A stretch of 64,000 nt of DNA, taken from the NCBI GenBank assembly GCA_017559445.1, contig JAFYSJ010000026.1, positions 1,908 through 65,907 on the forward strand. Reading direction: 5' to 3'. The notes beneath the pieces were generated by a model. It did no database searches. It was not told where the DNA came from and saw only the letters and a list, made by a program, of their open reading frames with translations. This document shows positions 37,428 to 46,907 of this stretch, piece after piece. Position 1 is the first letter of the stretch, and every line of letters begins with the position of its first letter. Both the position numbers and the translations under genes were made by a program. Origin of the DNA: Clostridia bacterium (GTDB lineage: Bacteria; Bacillota; Clostridia; RGIG7378).

Positions 37428-38684
37428 ATGTATTACGATTTCGACATAAGCGATAGAGTAAAGGAACTGGCAGCTCAGGCTGAGATTGACTGTGCCCCTT
37501 ATTTTAGAGAGGCAGAGGCAAATGCCATGGAGATTAGCGCCAGAGTACTCAAGGCATTTAGAGACCAGAGAGTGTCTACAACAGACTTTTTGGAAGTTAC
37601 AGGTTACGGATTTTCCGACCCAGGCAGAGAAAAGTTGGAGAGATTGTACGCACAGGTCTTTGGCGGAGAGGATGCATTGGTTAGAGCACAGCTTATGTCT
37701 GGTACACATGCATTAGCCGTCGCTTTCGGTGGACTTTTGAAATATGGCGACGTTATGCTTAGCATTTCAGGCCGTCCATACGACACAATGTGCAGTATTA
37801 TTGGTCTTAACGGCAAGAGTCGCAACTCTCTCATGGCCCATGGCATCAAGTACGAGGAGATTGACTTGATCGACAGTCAGTTCGATTTGGAGGCTATTAG
37901 GGAGAGAGTATCAAAGAAGGACGTTAGAGTAGTTGCTATTCAGCGTAGCCGTGGATATGCTCACAGATATAGTTTGACAATTGACCAGATTGGTGAGGCT
38001 ATTGCTGTAGTTAAGGAAGCAGACCCAGAAGCTATCGTATTGGTAGATAACTGCTACGGTGATTTCTGTGAGACTCGTGAGCCCACTCATGTTGGCGCAG
38101 ACGTAATTGTAGGTTCCATGATGAAGAATCTGGGTGCAGGTGTTGCAGTTACAGGTGCTTACTGTGTAGGTAGAACAGACTGCATTAACGACATTGCAGA
38201 GAGATTTACAGCACCTTGCGTAGGTAAGGATTTGGGAGCTAACATGAATCAGCTCACCAGCTTCTATAAGGGTATTTTCTTGGCACCAGCTACAGTATGT
38301 GCATCCTTAAAGACTCAGATTTTTGCAGCACGTATGCTTGAGCTTGCAGGCTTCAAGGGAATTAGTCCAAGATATGACGAAAAGAGAACAGACATTGTAC
38401 AGACAATGGACTTGGAGACACCAGAGAATTTGGTTAAGTTCTGCTGTGGTATTCAGCACAGCTCTCCAATTGACTCATACGTAACACCTGAGGCAGGTCC
38501 AATGCCAGGTTACCCCCATGACGAGGTAATGGCCAGCGGTACATTTGTTACAGGCGCTACAAGTGAGCTTTCTTGTGATGGACCAATTTGCCCACCATAC
38601 ACAGCATATATGCAGGGCGGATTGACATACGAGTATGGTAAGCTTGGAATCATGCTTGCCATCGACGAAATGCTGAGAGGATAA
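37428..38684 (+). CDS. Methionine gamma-lyase family protein (YnbB/aluminium-resistance type)
   Basis: TGYG...GRE, SGTHA, IQRSRGY, VDNCYG, GSMMKN, YMQGGLT. Confidence 0.85.
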   Translation: MYYDFDISDRVKELAAQAEIDCAPYFREAEANAMEISARVLKAFRDQRVSTTDFLEVTGYGFSDPGREKLERLYAQVFGGEDALVRAQLMSGTHALAVAFGGLLKYGDVMLSISGRPYDTMCSIIGLNGKSRNSLMAHGIKYEEIDLIDSQFDLEAIRERVSKKDVRVVAIQRSRGYAHRYSLTIDQIGEAIAVVKEADPEAIVLVDNCYGDFCETREPTHVGADVIVGSMMKNLGAGVAVTGAYCVGRTDCINDIAERFTAPCVGKDLGANMNQLTSFYKGIFLAPATVCASLKTQIFAARMLELAGFKGISPRYDEKRTDIVQTMDLETPENLVKFCCGIQHSSPIDSYVTPEAGPMPGYPHDEVMASGTFVTGATSELSCDGPICPPYTAYMQGGLTYEYGKLGIMLAIDEMLRG

Positions 38685-38689
38685 AAATT

Positions 38690-39424
38690 ATGACCAAGGC
38701 TGTTCTAATTACAGGTGCATCTAGGGGAATAGGCGCTGCCATAGCAGAGACTTTTGCTAAGGCTGGATATGCTGTAGGTATCAACTACAATAGCAGTCAG
38801 GAGAGAGCAGAGCAGTTGGCAAGCAGGCTGACTGAGCAGTATGGTGTAAAGGCAACTATTCACAAGTGCAACGTGGCAAATCCTAAGGAAGTAGAGGAAA
38901 TGGTTCAGGACTTTGTTAAGAGTCATGGAAATATTTCCACATTGGTCTGCAATGCAGGTGTTGCACACATGGGACTTTTGTCAGATATGACAGATGGTGA
39001 ATGGGATAAGGTCTTGGGTACAAATCTTAGCGGAACTTTCTATGCTTGCAGACAGGTTATTCCGTACATGGTACGCCAGCAGGAAGGTAGCATAGTAACA
39101 GTGTCCTCCATGTGGGGACAGGAGGGAGCATCCTGTGAGGCAGCATATTCTGCAACAAAGGCAGGTATTATTGGTCTCACTAAGGCTTTGGCCAAGGAGT
39201 TGGGTCCCTCGAACATTAGAGTTAATTGCGTAGCTCCAGGCATGATCGCCACAGAGATGAATAGCTGTCTCTCTGAAGAAGATGTGCAGGCCATTGCAGA
39301 TGAGACACCACTTTGTCGCGTTGGCCAGCCTGAGGAGGTTGCAAAGGTAGTGTTGTTCTTGGCATCCCAGGAGGCTAGCTTTGTGACAGGCCAGGTTGTG
39401 GGCGTTAATGGAGGAATGTTTTAG
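38690..39424 (+). CDS. Short-chain dehydrogenase/reductase (FabG/YmfI-like)
   Basis: TGASRGIG, NAG, SSMWG...YSATK; its TAG stop is the first linker of array 3. Confidence 0.85.
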   Translation: MTKAVLITGASRGIGAAIAETFAKAGYAVGINYNSSQERAEQLASRLTEQYGVKATIHKCNVANPKEVEEMVQDFVKSHGNISTLVCNAGVAHMGLLSDMTDGEWDKVLGTNLSGTFYACRQVIPYMVRQQEGSIVTVSSMWGQEGASCEAAYSATKAGIIGLTKALAKELGPSNIRVNCVAPGMIATEMNSCLSEEDVQAIADETPLCRVGQPEEVAKVVLFLASQEASFVTGQVVGVNGGMF

Positions 39425-39522
39425 TGATCCGCACCGTTGGTGCTAGTGAACCACGAGCAAAGCTCGTTAGTGAGCCGCTGCGCTAGTAGGTCGCACCGTT
39501 GGTGCTAGTAGCCGCCTTCGGC
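39422..39522 (+). repeat. Modular linker/mini-hairpin array 3 (5 modules)
   Basis: Same linkers and hairpins as array 1; runs directly into TAGTGTT heptamers. Confidence 0.92.
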
Positions 39523-39730
39523 TAGTGTTTAGTGTTTGGTGTTGAGTGTTTAGTGAATGTCCCTTTGTTCCTATGGTCTTTTATATATGAACTTACTTCA
39601 TTCGTTAAACACTAATCACTAATAACTAAACACTGCAAACAAAGTTTGTGAACCGTGCCTCCCGCGCTTCGGAAGTAGCGGGCGACTTTTGATTACTTTT
39701 GGTCGTTCAAAAGTAATGAATAAACACTAA
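39523..39730 (+). repeat. ~210-bp structured repeat element, copy 1
   Basis: Heptamer (TAGTGTT)-bounded element with nested hairpins; aligns along its length with the reverse complement of 41542-41760. Confidence 0.9.
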
Positions 39731-39744
39731 TACGGAGGATTTAT

Positions 39745-40728
39745 ATGTCTTTACATATCATCAGACACGACATCACAAAAATGAAGATAGATGCCATTGT
39801 AAATGCGGCCAATTCCTCTTTGTTAGGTGGCGGTGGAGTAGATGGCGCCATTCATCACGCAGCAGGTCCTGGACTTCTCAAGGAGTGCATGACCTTAGGT
39901 GGTTGTGACACAGGTGACGCCAAGATTACAGGCGCATATAACTTGCCATGTAAGTACGTTATCCATACAGTTGGACCCGTTTGGCATGGCGGACAGTATG
40001 GCGAAAAGGAGCTTCTTAGATCCTGTTACATCAAATCCTTGGAGCTAGCCAAGGCAAATGGATGCGAATCTGTTGCATTTCCTTTGATTTCTTCTGGTGT
40101 GTACGGATACCCCAAGGACCAGGCACTTAGAGTTGCCATGGACGCAATATCAGACTTTTTGCTTACATGGGACATGACAGTTTACATGGTCATTTTTGAC
40201 AAGGCTGCAGTTACAATTAGTCAAAAGCTTTTCTCAGACATTAAGCAGTACATCGACCAGGCTTATGTTGAGGAGAGTGAGGTTAAGTATAGCCGCAACA
40301 GAATCCTTGCTGAAATGAGTACCAGTGCTCCAGTTCAGTACTGTAAGGCTATTAAACCTGAGAAATCTTTGGAAGACATAATTGGTGAAATAGACGAGAG
40401 CTTTTCTCAGATGCTCCTTCGTAAGATTGACGAGCTTGGCATGACAGATGCGGAGTGCTACAAAAAGGCTAACATTGACCGTAAGTTGTTTTCTAAGATT
40501 CGCGGAGATGTGAACTACAAGCCAAGCAAGCCCACAGCAATTGCCTTTGCAGTGGCATTGCAGCTTAACTTAAAAGAGACAGAGGAGTTGCTCAAAAAGG
40601 CAGGGTTTGCCCTTTCTCGTAGCAACAAGTTTGACCTTATTATTCGATACTTTATTTCCAATGGAAATTACAATATCCATGAGATTAACGAGGCATTGTT
40701 TGCCTTTGACCAGAACTTGCTTGGATAA
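39745..40728 (+). CDS. Macrodomain (O-acetyl-ADP-ribose deacetylase/YmdB-like) fused to an XRE-like HTH region
   Basis: DIT...DAIVNAAN...[29 protein letters not shown]; C-terminal [18 protein letters not shown]. Confidence 0.88.
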   Translation: MSLHIIRHDITKMKIDAIVNAANSSLLGGGGVDGAIHHAAGPGLLKECMTLGGCDTGDAKITGAYNLPCKYVIHTVGPVWHGGQYGEKELLRSCYIKSLELAKANGCESVAFPLISSGVYGYPKDQALRVAMDAISDFLLTWDMTVYMVIFDKAAVTISQKLFSDIKQYIDQAYVEESEVKYSRNRILAEMSTSAPVQYCKAIKPEKSLEDIIGEIDESFSQMLLRKIDELGMTDAECYKKANIDRKLFSKIRGDVNYKPSKPTAIAFAVALQLNLKETEELLKKAGFALSRSNKFDLIIRYFISNGNYNIHEINEALFAFDQNLLG

Positions 40729-40731
40729 AAT

Positions 40732-40748
40732 GTCGCATGCCATGCGAC
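40732..40748. promoter_or_regulatory. Operator-like palindrome upstream of the vWA gene
   Basis: GTCGCATG-C-CATGCGAC, with no T-run, just upstream of a possible -10 (TATGAG/TATTAT). Confidence 0.55.
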
Positions 40749-40819
40749 CACATACAATTCGAAATTCTTTATTATGAGATTGTAGCGAAGAACTGCAATC
40801 TTATTTTTTGGAGGAATTT

Positions 40820-41467
40820 ATGAATAATATTACAGAGTTGGTTTTTATTTTGGATAGGAGCGGTTCCATGTGTGGATTGGAGGCTGACACAATCGGTGGA
40901 TTCAATTCCATGGTCGAAAAGCAGAAGGCTTTGGAAGGAAAGTGTTATGTGTCCACAGTGCTTTTTGACGATAAGTCAGACGTGATTCACGATAGACTTG
41001 ATTTGCAACAGGTGCCAGCTTTGACAGACAAGGAGTATTTTGTTCGTGGATGCACAGCTCTTTTGGACGCGGTGGGCGGAGCAATTCACCACATTGGAAA
41101 CGTGCATAAGTATGCAAGGCCAGAGGATGTGCCAAGTAAGACTTTGTTTGTAATTACAACAGATGGAATGGAAAATGCCAGCAGAAAGTATAGCTTGGAG
41201 AAGGTCAAGAATATGATCACAAGACAGAAGGAAAAGTACAACTGGGAGTTCTTGTTCTTGGGCGCAAATATCGATGCAGTCGAGACAGCTCGTAGCTTTG
41301 GAATTTCTGAGGATAGGGCAGTAACATATTTGAGTGACAAGGAAGGCACAAGTCTTAACTTCAAGGTAATGGATAGCGCAATTCAGTGTTACCGCAAGAG
41401 CTCTGTTATTAACAAGGACTGGAAGGACGACATTGAGAAGGACGCTAAGAAGAGAAAGCGAAAGTAA
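40820..41467 (+). CDS. von Willebrand factor A domain protein
   Basis: LDRSGSM (DxSxS MIDAS), TALLDA, TDGMEN; ATG at 40820 after GGAGG. Confidence 0.88.
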   Translation: MNNITELVFILDRSGSMCGLEADTIGGFNSMVEKQKALEGKCYVSTVLFDDKSDVIHDRLDLQQVPALTDKEYFVRGCTALLDAVGGAIHHIGNVHKYARPEDVPSKTLFVITTDGMENASRKYSLEKVKNMITRQKEKYNWEFLFLGANIDAVETARSFGISEDRAVTYLSDKEGTSLNFKVMDSAIQCYRKSSVINKDWKDDIEKDAKKRKRK

Positions 41468-41541
41468 AGTGTTTCGTGCGTGAAATGTGCTGTTGCGCGT
41501 GATATACTTATAATAGAAGGTTGAATTTGTTAACGCAGTGA

Positions 41542-41760
41542 TTAGTGTATATTCATTACTTTGGAGCGACCCAAAGTAATCAAAGGTCGCCCGCTACTTC
41601 CGAATGCGCGGGAGGCACAGTTCGCAAAGCACAGCTTTGCAGTGGTTAGTGTTTAACGGATGAAGTAAGTTCCTATATAAAAGACCATAGGAACATAGGG
41701 ACATTCACTAAACACTGAACACCCAACACCCAACACTCAACACTCAACACCAAACACTAA
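41542..41760 (-). repeat. ~210-bp structured repeat element, copy 2 (inverted)
   Basis: Reverse complement of 39523-39730 with compensatory stem changes and a longer AACAC(T/C)N heptamer run. Confidence 0.9.
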
Positions 41761-41776
41761 TACGGAGGTCTTCGAG

Positions 41777-42283
41777 ATGAAGGTTTTAGTTGTAGTAGAT
41801 ATGCAAAAGGATTTCATAGATGGGGCTCTAGGTAGTCCAGAGGCCCAGGCCATTGTACCCTATGTTAAAGATACAATTGCTTCTTTTGATGGTGTAGTTC
41901 TCTTTACTAGAGACACCCATTTTGATGGATATATGGACACTCAGGAGGGCCGCAACCTTCCAGTACCCCATTGTATCAAGGGGACAGACGGATGGCAGAT
42001 TCACCCAGAATTGGATGCTTTACGCAAGACAGATGCCATAGACAAGGTAACCTTTGGTTCCAAGGATTTGATTAAGGTTTTGGAAGGCATTAAGGATATA
42101 GAGAACATCACATTCCTTGGCCTTTGCACAGATATTTGCGTTATTTCCAACGTAATGGTGACAAAAGCTTTCTTCCCAGAAATTCCATTAATTGTGGATA
42201 GCAAGGGATGCGCAGGTGTTTCAGTAGAGTCACACAATAATGCCTTGGAGGCCATGAAGATGTGCCAGGTAAAGGTTGTTTAA
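41777..42283 (+). CDS. Isochorismatase/nicotinamidase (PncA-like) cysteine hydrolase
   Basis: VDMQKDF, DTH, PHC...GW, K, GLCTDICV. Confidence 0.85.
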   Translation: MKVLVVVDMQKDFIDGALGSPEAQAIVPYVKDTIASFDGVVLFTRDTHFDGYMDTQEGRNLPVPHCIKGTDGWQIHPELDALRKTDAIDKVTFGSKDLIKVLEGIKDIENITFLGLCTDICVISNVMVTKAFFPEIPLIVDSKGCAGVSVESHNNALEAMKMCQVKVV

Positions 42284-42347
42284 TAGGTTAAATTAGTAAC
42301 AACCAATTCAAGAGCTCATGAGAGAAAATGTTACGTATATAAAACGC

Positions 42348-42379
42348 AAAAATCCACCCAATTTCTTGGGTGGATTTTT
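42348..42379. terminator. Bidirectional terminator
   Basis: AAAAATCCACCCAA...TTGGGTGGATTTTT between convergent genes. Confidence 0.75.
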
Positions 42380-42400
42380 AATTATCTTGTTTTAGCTATA

Positions 42401-44203
42401 TTACAGGTCAGCAACCAACTCTTCCAACATATCAAGCATTTCTGCGAACTTGTCACAAGTTGCCTGAATTGGAGCAGGTGTTGTCATGTCTACGCCAGCA
42501 TTCTTGAGGATTTCCAATGGATAGTCAGAGCAACCGCTGCTAAGGAAACCAAAGTACTTATCCAATGCAGGCTGACCTTCCTTGAGAATGCCACTTGCCA
42601 ATGCGTTTGCAGCAGAGAAGCCTGTTGCATACTTGTAAACGTAGAAGTTGCGGTAGAAGTGAGGAATTCTGGACCACTCATACTTAATCTTTTCGTCTAC
42701 GATCATGTCATCACCGAAGTAAAGCTTGTTAAGGTCGTAGTACATCTTGTTGAGTGCCACAGCAGTCAAAGGCTGACCAGCTTCTGCCATCTGGTGAGCG
42801 TTGCGCTCGAACTCAGCAAACATTGTCTGACGGAAGAGAGTACCTCTGCACTCCTCGAGGAAGTGGTTAATGAGGAATGCCTTTTCCTTCTTGTCAGTTG
42901 TCTTAGAAATCATATCTGTAAGGAGGAGAACCTCGTTAACAGTAGATGCAACCTCAGCAACAAAGAGTGTGTAGTGAGAATATACATAATGCTGAGCCTT
43001 GTTTGTCTTGTAGGAGTGCATTGCGTGACCAAGCTCGTGAGCAATGGTGCAAACATCGTTAATAGAACCCTGGTAGTTAAGACATACAAATGGGTGTGTA
43101 TCATAAGCACCCCAAGAGTATGCTCCAGAACGCTTACCTACGTTCTCGTATACGTCAATCCAACCCTCGTTGTAAGCCTTCTTAAGGAGCTCCTGATAAT
43201 CGTCACCAAGAACGGAGAGACCCTCGAGAACCATGTCCTGAGCATTTTCGTAAGGAATGTTCTTAATATCACACTCAACCAATGGAGTATAGAGGTCATA
43301 CATGTGAAGATCCTCTACGCCCAAAAGCTTCTTGCGCAAAGCAATGTATCTGTGGAATGTGGGCAAGTTGTTGTGGATTGTCTCAATCAAGTTGTTGTAA
43401 ACATCTGTGGAGATGTTGTCATCAAAGAGAGCAGACTCAAGAGCACTGCCATAGCCACGAACCTTTGCATCGTTGATATGGTTCTTGCACTCGTAACCAA
43501 AGAGAGTTGCAAATGTATTGTTGTACTGGCCGTATGTGTCGTACATCTTATTAAATGCATCCTCACGAACGCTTCTGTTCTCGTTCTCCAAGAAGTTAAT
43601 ATATCTACCCTGAGAAAGCTGAACCTGCTGTCCGTTCTCATCTGTAACAGTTGGGAAAGGCATATTTGTGTTTGTGAAAACTGTGAAAACCTCAGATGGA
43701 GCCTGCTTTGCCTCTGCAACTGCAGCCAAAACTGTCTCCTGATCCTTAGAAAGTACGTGTGCCTTGGATCTTACGATGTACTCCATGTACTTATCGAACA
43801 TAACCAGTGGCTCGTATTTCATGAACTCAGTAAGCTTTTCCTCTGGGATCTCGAGAATCTCTGGTGTGAAGAAAGCAAGCTTAGACATGGCGTCGTTAAC
43901 TGTAGTCATGCACTTAGAACTCATTGCCTGATACTTAGTTACGGAACCATCCTCGTCTCTGTGCATACGAGCATAGCAGTAAACCTTGCCAATTGTCTGG
44001 GACATATCTTCTACAAGAGTGATTGCATTGAAGAGAGTCTCAGCACTATCTGCCAAGTGACCCTTAAACTCAGCAACCTTGTTAGCCATCTCTGTAATCT
44101 TGGCAATCTCTGCCTCAGCCAACTCATCTGTAGCAAAGAGATGGTCTAATCTCCATTTATACTTATCGTCAATTTCAGAACGCTTTAATACCTCGCGTGC
44201 CAT
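42401..44203 (-). CDS. pepF: Oligoendopeptidase F (M3B)
   Basis: GKRSGAYS, AHELGHAMH (HExxH), AEVAS, WSRIPHFY. Confidence 0.95.
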   Translation of the reverse strand: MAREVLKRSEIDDKYKWRLDHLFATDELAEAEIAKITEMANKVAEFKGHLADSAETLFNAITLVEDMSQTIGKVYCYARMHRDEDGSVTKYQAMSSKCMTTVNDAMSKLAFFTPEILEIPEEKLTEFMKYEPLVMFDKYMEYIVRSKAHVLSKDQETVLAAVAEAKQAPSEVFTVFTNTNMPFPTVTDENGQQVQLSQGRYINFLENENRSVREDAFNKMYDTYGQYNNTFATLFGYECKNHINDAKVRGYGSALESALFDDNISTDVYNNLIETIHNNLPTFHRYIALRKKLLGVEDLHMYDLYTPLVECDIKNIPYENAQDMVLEGLSVLGDDYQELLKKAYNEGWIDVYENVGKRSGAYSWGAYDTHPFVCLNYQGSINDVCTIAHELGHAMHSYKTNKAQHYVYSHYTLFVAEVASTVNEVLLLTDMISKTTDKKEKAFLINHFLEECRGTLFRQTMFAEFERNAHQMAEAGQPLTAVALNKMYYDLNKLYFGDDMIVDEKIKYEWSRIPHFYRNFYVYKYATGFSAANALASGILKEGQPALDKYFGFLSSGCSDYPLEILKNAGVDMTTPAPIQATCDKFAEMLDMLEELVADL

Positions 44204-44272
44204 ATTGTTCCTCCTGAATATGTGATTGTTTGATTATATTGCATATCTTATAATGCGTAAACCCTAATAAAA

Positions 44273-44974
44273 TTAATGCGTAACTGTGCCACTGCCATTT
44301 AGGTCAATTGGGTCACCTAAGAAGGTTGGTTCTGGCCAGAAAATACATCCTAAAAAGTCCTTAATACGTGCAGCGAACTCTCTAGCGTCATAGTAGTTTT
44401 GACCAGCGTATTCGCGCGTTTCGGCTGGCACGCCATACACCTCTAAGCCTAACATATCTCCAATATATATTGCTCTATACAGATGGTAAGTCTGAGTGCA
44501 AATAATGACGGATTCCGCTCCGTAAATGTACTTGGCCCTATATAGGGATTCGTATGTGGAAAAGCCTGCATGGTCTAAGAAAATGTTTTCGGCAGGGACT
44601 CCATTTTCAACAGCATAGCTAAGCATAACGCCCACTTCGTTGTAATTGAGATCTCCGTGATCTCCACTCATCAGCATGGTGCATGAAGTGCCTTGCTCGT
44701 AAAGTTTAATGCCGCAATCTAATCTGTCCTGTAGCATGGGACTGGGGGTATCTCCATTCCAAATAGCAGCGCCTAAAACAAGAATAACATCTACTTCTAA
44801 GTCCTGGGCCTCCTCGTAAGTGATGATCCTACGAGACTCCTTTGCACACATAAAAATGTTAACTGCGCAGAGCAAAACAGACGCAATCAAACCACAAACT
44901 ACGATAATCTGAGCAGTGGCAATGAGGACGTGAAGAATGCGACGCCATATGGAATTGTATTTCTTTTTGGCCAT
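44273..44974 (-). CDS. SanA/YdcF (DUF218) family protein
   Basis: VLGA, SPMLQDRL, SGD, DHAGFSTYES, TQTYHLYRA. Confidence 0.85.
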   Translation of the reverse strand: MAKKKYNSIWRRILHVLIATAQIIVVCGLIASVLLCAVNIFMCAKESRRIITYEEAQDLEVDVILVLGAAIWNGDTPSPMLQDRLDCGIKLYEQGTSCTMLMSGDHGDLNYNEVGVMLSYAVENGVPAENIFLDHAGFSTYESLYRAKYIYGAESVIICTQTYHLYRAIYIGDMLGLEVYGVPAETREYAGQNYYDAREFAARIKDFLGCIFWPEPTFLGDPIDLNGSGTVTH

Positions 44975-45270
44975 TTTTACCTCCGTATATGACTACTATA
45001 TCACGGAAAATTGCCCTGTGAAAAGGCCGAATTTTACGATAATTTCCGACAAGAAACGAGTCAAAATCGATGTTCATAACTTTGTCGGAAAAATTTTTTC
45101 ACCCAGTATTTTCAAGGTTTTGCGGCGTTCGACAAAAAATATTCCTATTGCAAATGTTTTACAATCTTTCTCGCATCGATCGATTAGCTTTCGAAAGGAG
45201 AACTACAGTGTTAAATGTTTTGACGGCATTTGGAAATCAGCAGATACAAAACAGCCTAAAGGCGGAGGTC

Positions 45271-46194
45271 ATGAATAAGGAAATTGCATTTCCGGAGCAG
45301 GATTATGGATGGCAGGGCGAGGTTATTACAGCGGCTTACACAGTTCCTGATGTGGATGTGGTGATGGCTTATTCAGGCATTAACGGCAATATGGAAACAG
45401 AAGCCTTTGTGAGAAGTTTGGTTTCTAATACAACAGGCCAAATTATTTTGATTGACGACGAGGCAAGCCCAGAGTTTGTGGAATATTGCAAACAGTTTGG
45501 CATTGAGCGAGTGTTTGAAAATGGCAAAGTAACTATTAGCGCATTGGCCAGCGAACTAAGCAAGATGTGCAAGAACGTGAAATATCCAACGACTAATTCT
45601 GCTAAGTCTGTGTTGAGAGTGGCTGAGTCCGATAGATTCACGAAGTTGACTAAGACAGTGGGTGTCATGGGAGTAAGAACTGGATCTGGAGCGACGGCAG
45701 CAGTTAGAGACATGGTTGTTGTCATTAAGGAGATGGGCTTTGAGAGTATTGCAGTCGTAAGCATGGATAAGACTGGGGATTTGCAGAATGCAGATTTACC
45801 TGAAGATGTGGCTGTCTTTTCGGCAGGGGATATGACAACAGTTATTGCTTCTAGAGATTATGAGTTCGTAATAGTGGACTTTGGAGGGTACGCGGAGTTT
45901 TTGAAGGGTGTGCCAAAGAGAGACGCTGGGGCAGAAGCTCGAGAGATTTTGGGAGAGTATCTGAGGTCAGACCTTTGTTTGCTGGTGTCTGGTGGAGAAC
46001 CTTGGGAAATTGAAAATTTAAGGACTTTACTGAGGATGGATACAGTGGCGGATACATTTAGAAATGTGAAGGTTTTGGTCAAGCAAGTAGATGGAAAGGC
46101 AAGGTCATTAAGGGGGCTTGGAACTAAAACTGCAGCAGAAGTGTATAGCATGGATAGCTTAGGTAGGGTAATTAAGGAATCTTTTGGAGGGTAG
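45271..46194 (+). CDS. Hypothetical protein, possible TadZ/CpaE-like (receiver-like plus degenerate P-loop)
   Basis: GVMGVRTGSGAT, VIVDFG; first gene of the tad cluster; ATG at 45271 after GGAGG. Confidence 0.5.
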   Translation: MNKEIAFPEQDYGWQGEVITAAYTVPDVDVVMAYSGINGNMETEAFVRSLVSNTTGQIILIDDEASPEFVEYCKQFGIERVFENGKVTISALASELSKMCKNVKYPTTNSAKSVLRVAESDRFTKLTKTVGVMGVRTGSGATAAVRDMVVVIKEMGFESIAVVSMDKTGDLQNADLPEDVAVFSAGDMTTVIASRDYEFVIVDFGGYAEFLKGVPKRDAGAEAREILGEYLRSDLCLLVSGGEPWEIENLRTLLRMDTVADTFRNVKVLVKQVDGKARSLRGLGTKTAAEVYSMDSLGRVIKESFGG

Positions 46195-46196
46195 AA

Positions 46197-46907
46197 ATGA
46201 GACTAAAGCGAAGAGCAAAGTTGGCAATCGGAGCGGTTTGTGTTCTGGTTTCCGTGGTATTGGCAGTGGGACTTTTGGTTATTAGACCGGAGAAGCAGGA
46301 AATGTTGTCCGTTGTAGTCCTTTGTAGAGATGTGGATGCAGGAGAATTGTTGTCTTTGGATGATGTGGTTTTGGTGGAGTTGCCTAGGGCATATGTGGAG
46401 TCATTGGAAGGAACCTTTAGTAGTGTAGAGAGTTGTTTGCAAGGTGATTCTAGGGCTGTAAGAGACATGGTGTCTGGGCAGGTGGTTATGGCTTCTCTTT
46501 TAATGGGGAACGATGAACCCATGCACAATTTCGTACATCAGGGGAAGAGACTGGTTTCTGTATGTGCGGATTCTACGGCTACGGCTGTGTCAGGCCAGCT
46601 AAAGGCGGGAGACATTGTTTCGGTGGCTAGTGTTGACCCAGATACGGGAGGGTATTATGTGGACCAACTTATGAGGTATTTGCAGGTGTATAGCCTGTCA
46701 GATTCTGAGGGAAATGTGGTGGACTCCTTGGGAACCTTAAGTGATGTTGAAAAAGTGGAAGAACATGGAGCTGTTAGGGTTTTTACTCTCATTTGTACAG
46801 AGGAACAGGCTGTCTTGTTGGCAGAGATTCAGCAGAGGAATCCACACCTAATTTTTGTAGGTAGGGGTCCTATGGCAGAGTCCTTGCTGGAGGGAGAAAT
46901 ACCATGA
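46197..46907 (+). CDS. cpaB: Flp pilus assembly protein CpaB/RcpC (SAF domain)
   Basis: TM helix, SAF-like VVV..RDVDAGE, VSGQLKAGDIVSV. Confidence 0.75.
   Translation: MRLKRRAKLAIGAVCVLVSVVLAVGLLVIRPEKQEMLSVVVLCRDVDAGELLSLDDVVLVELPRAYVESLEGTFSSVESCLQGDSRAVRDMVSGQVVMASLLMGNDEPMHNFVHQGKRLVSVCADSTATAVSGQLKAGDIVSVASVDPDTGGYYVDQLMRYLQVYSLSDSEGNVVDSLGTLSDVEKVEEHGAVRVFTLICTEEQAVLLAEIQQRNPHLIFVGRGPMAESLLEGEIP

Noticed and set aside
42659-44149. 496-aa antisense ORF opposite pepF (similar shadows at 7862-9061, 11589-12521, 36033-36935)
   Set aside because: Codon-bias shadows of well-supported genes on the other strand.
45130-45270. c-di-GMP riboswitch before the tad cluster
   Set aside because: A GAAA-loop-like TTCGAAAG is present, but the GCAAA/GCACAG...CCTAAA stem architecture could not be assembled.
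45070-45270. N-terminal ORF extensions in the track (also 4198, 7775, 24553, 48156, 60525, 61683)
   Set aside because: Downstream starts with better RBS or operon spacing exist, and the extensions overlap promoters or upstream genes.
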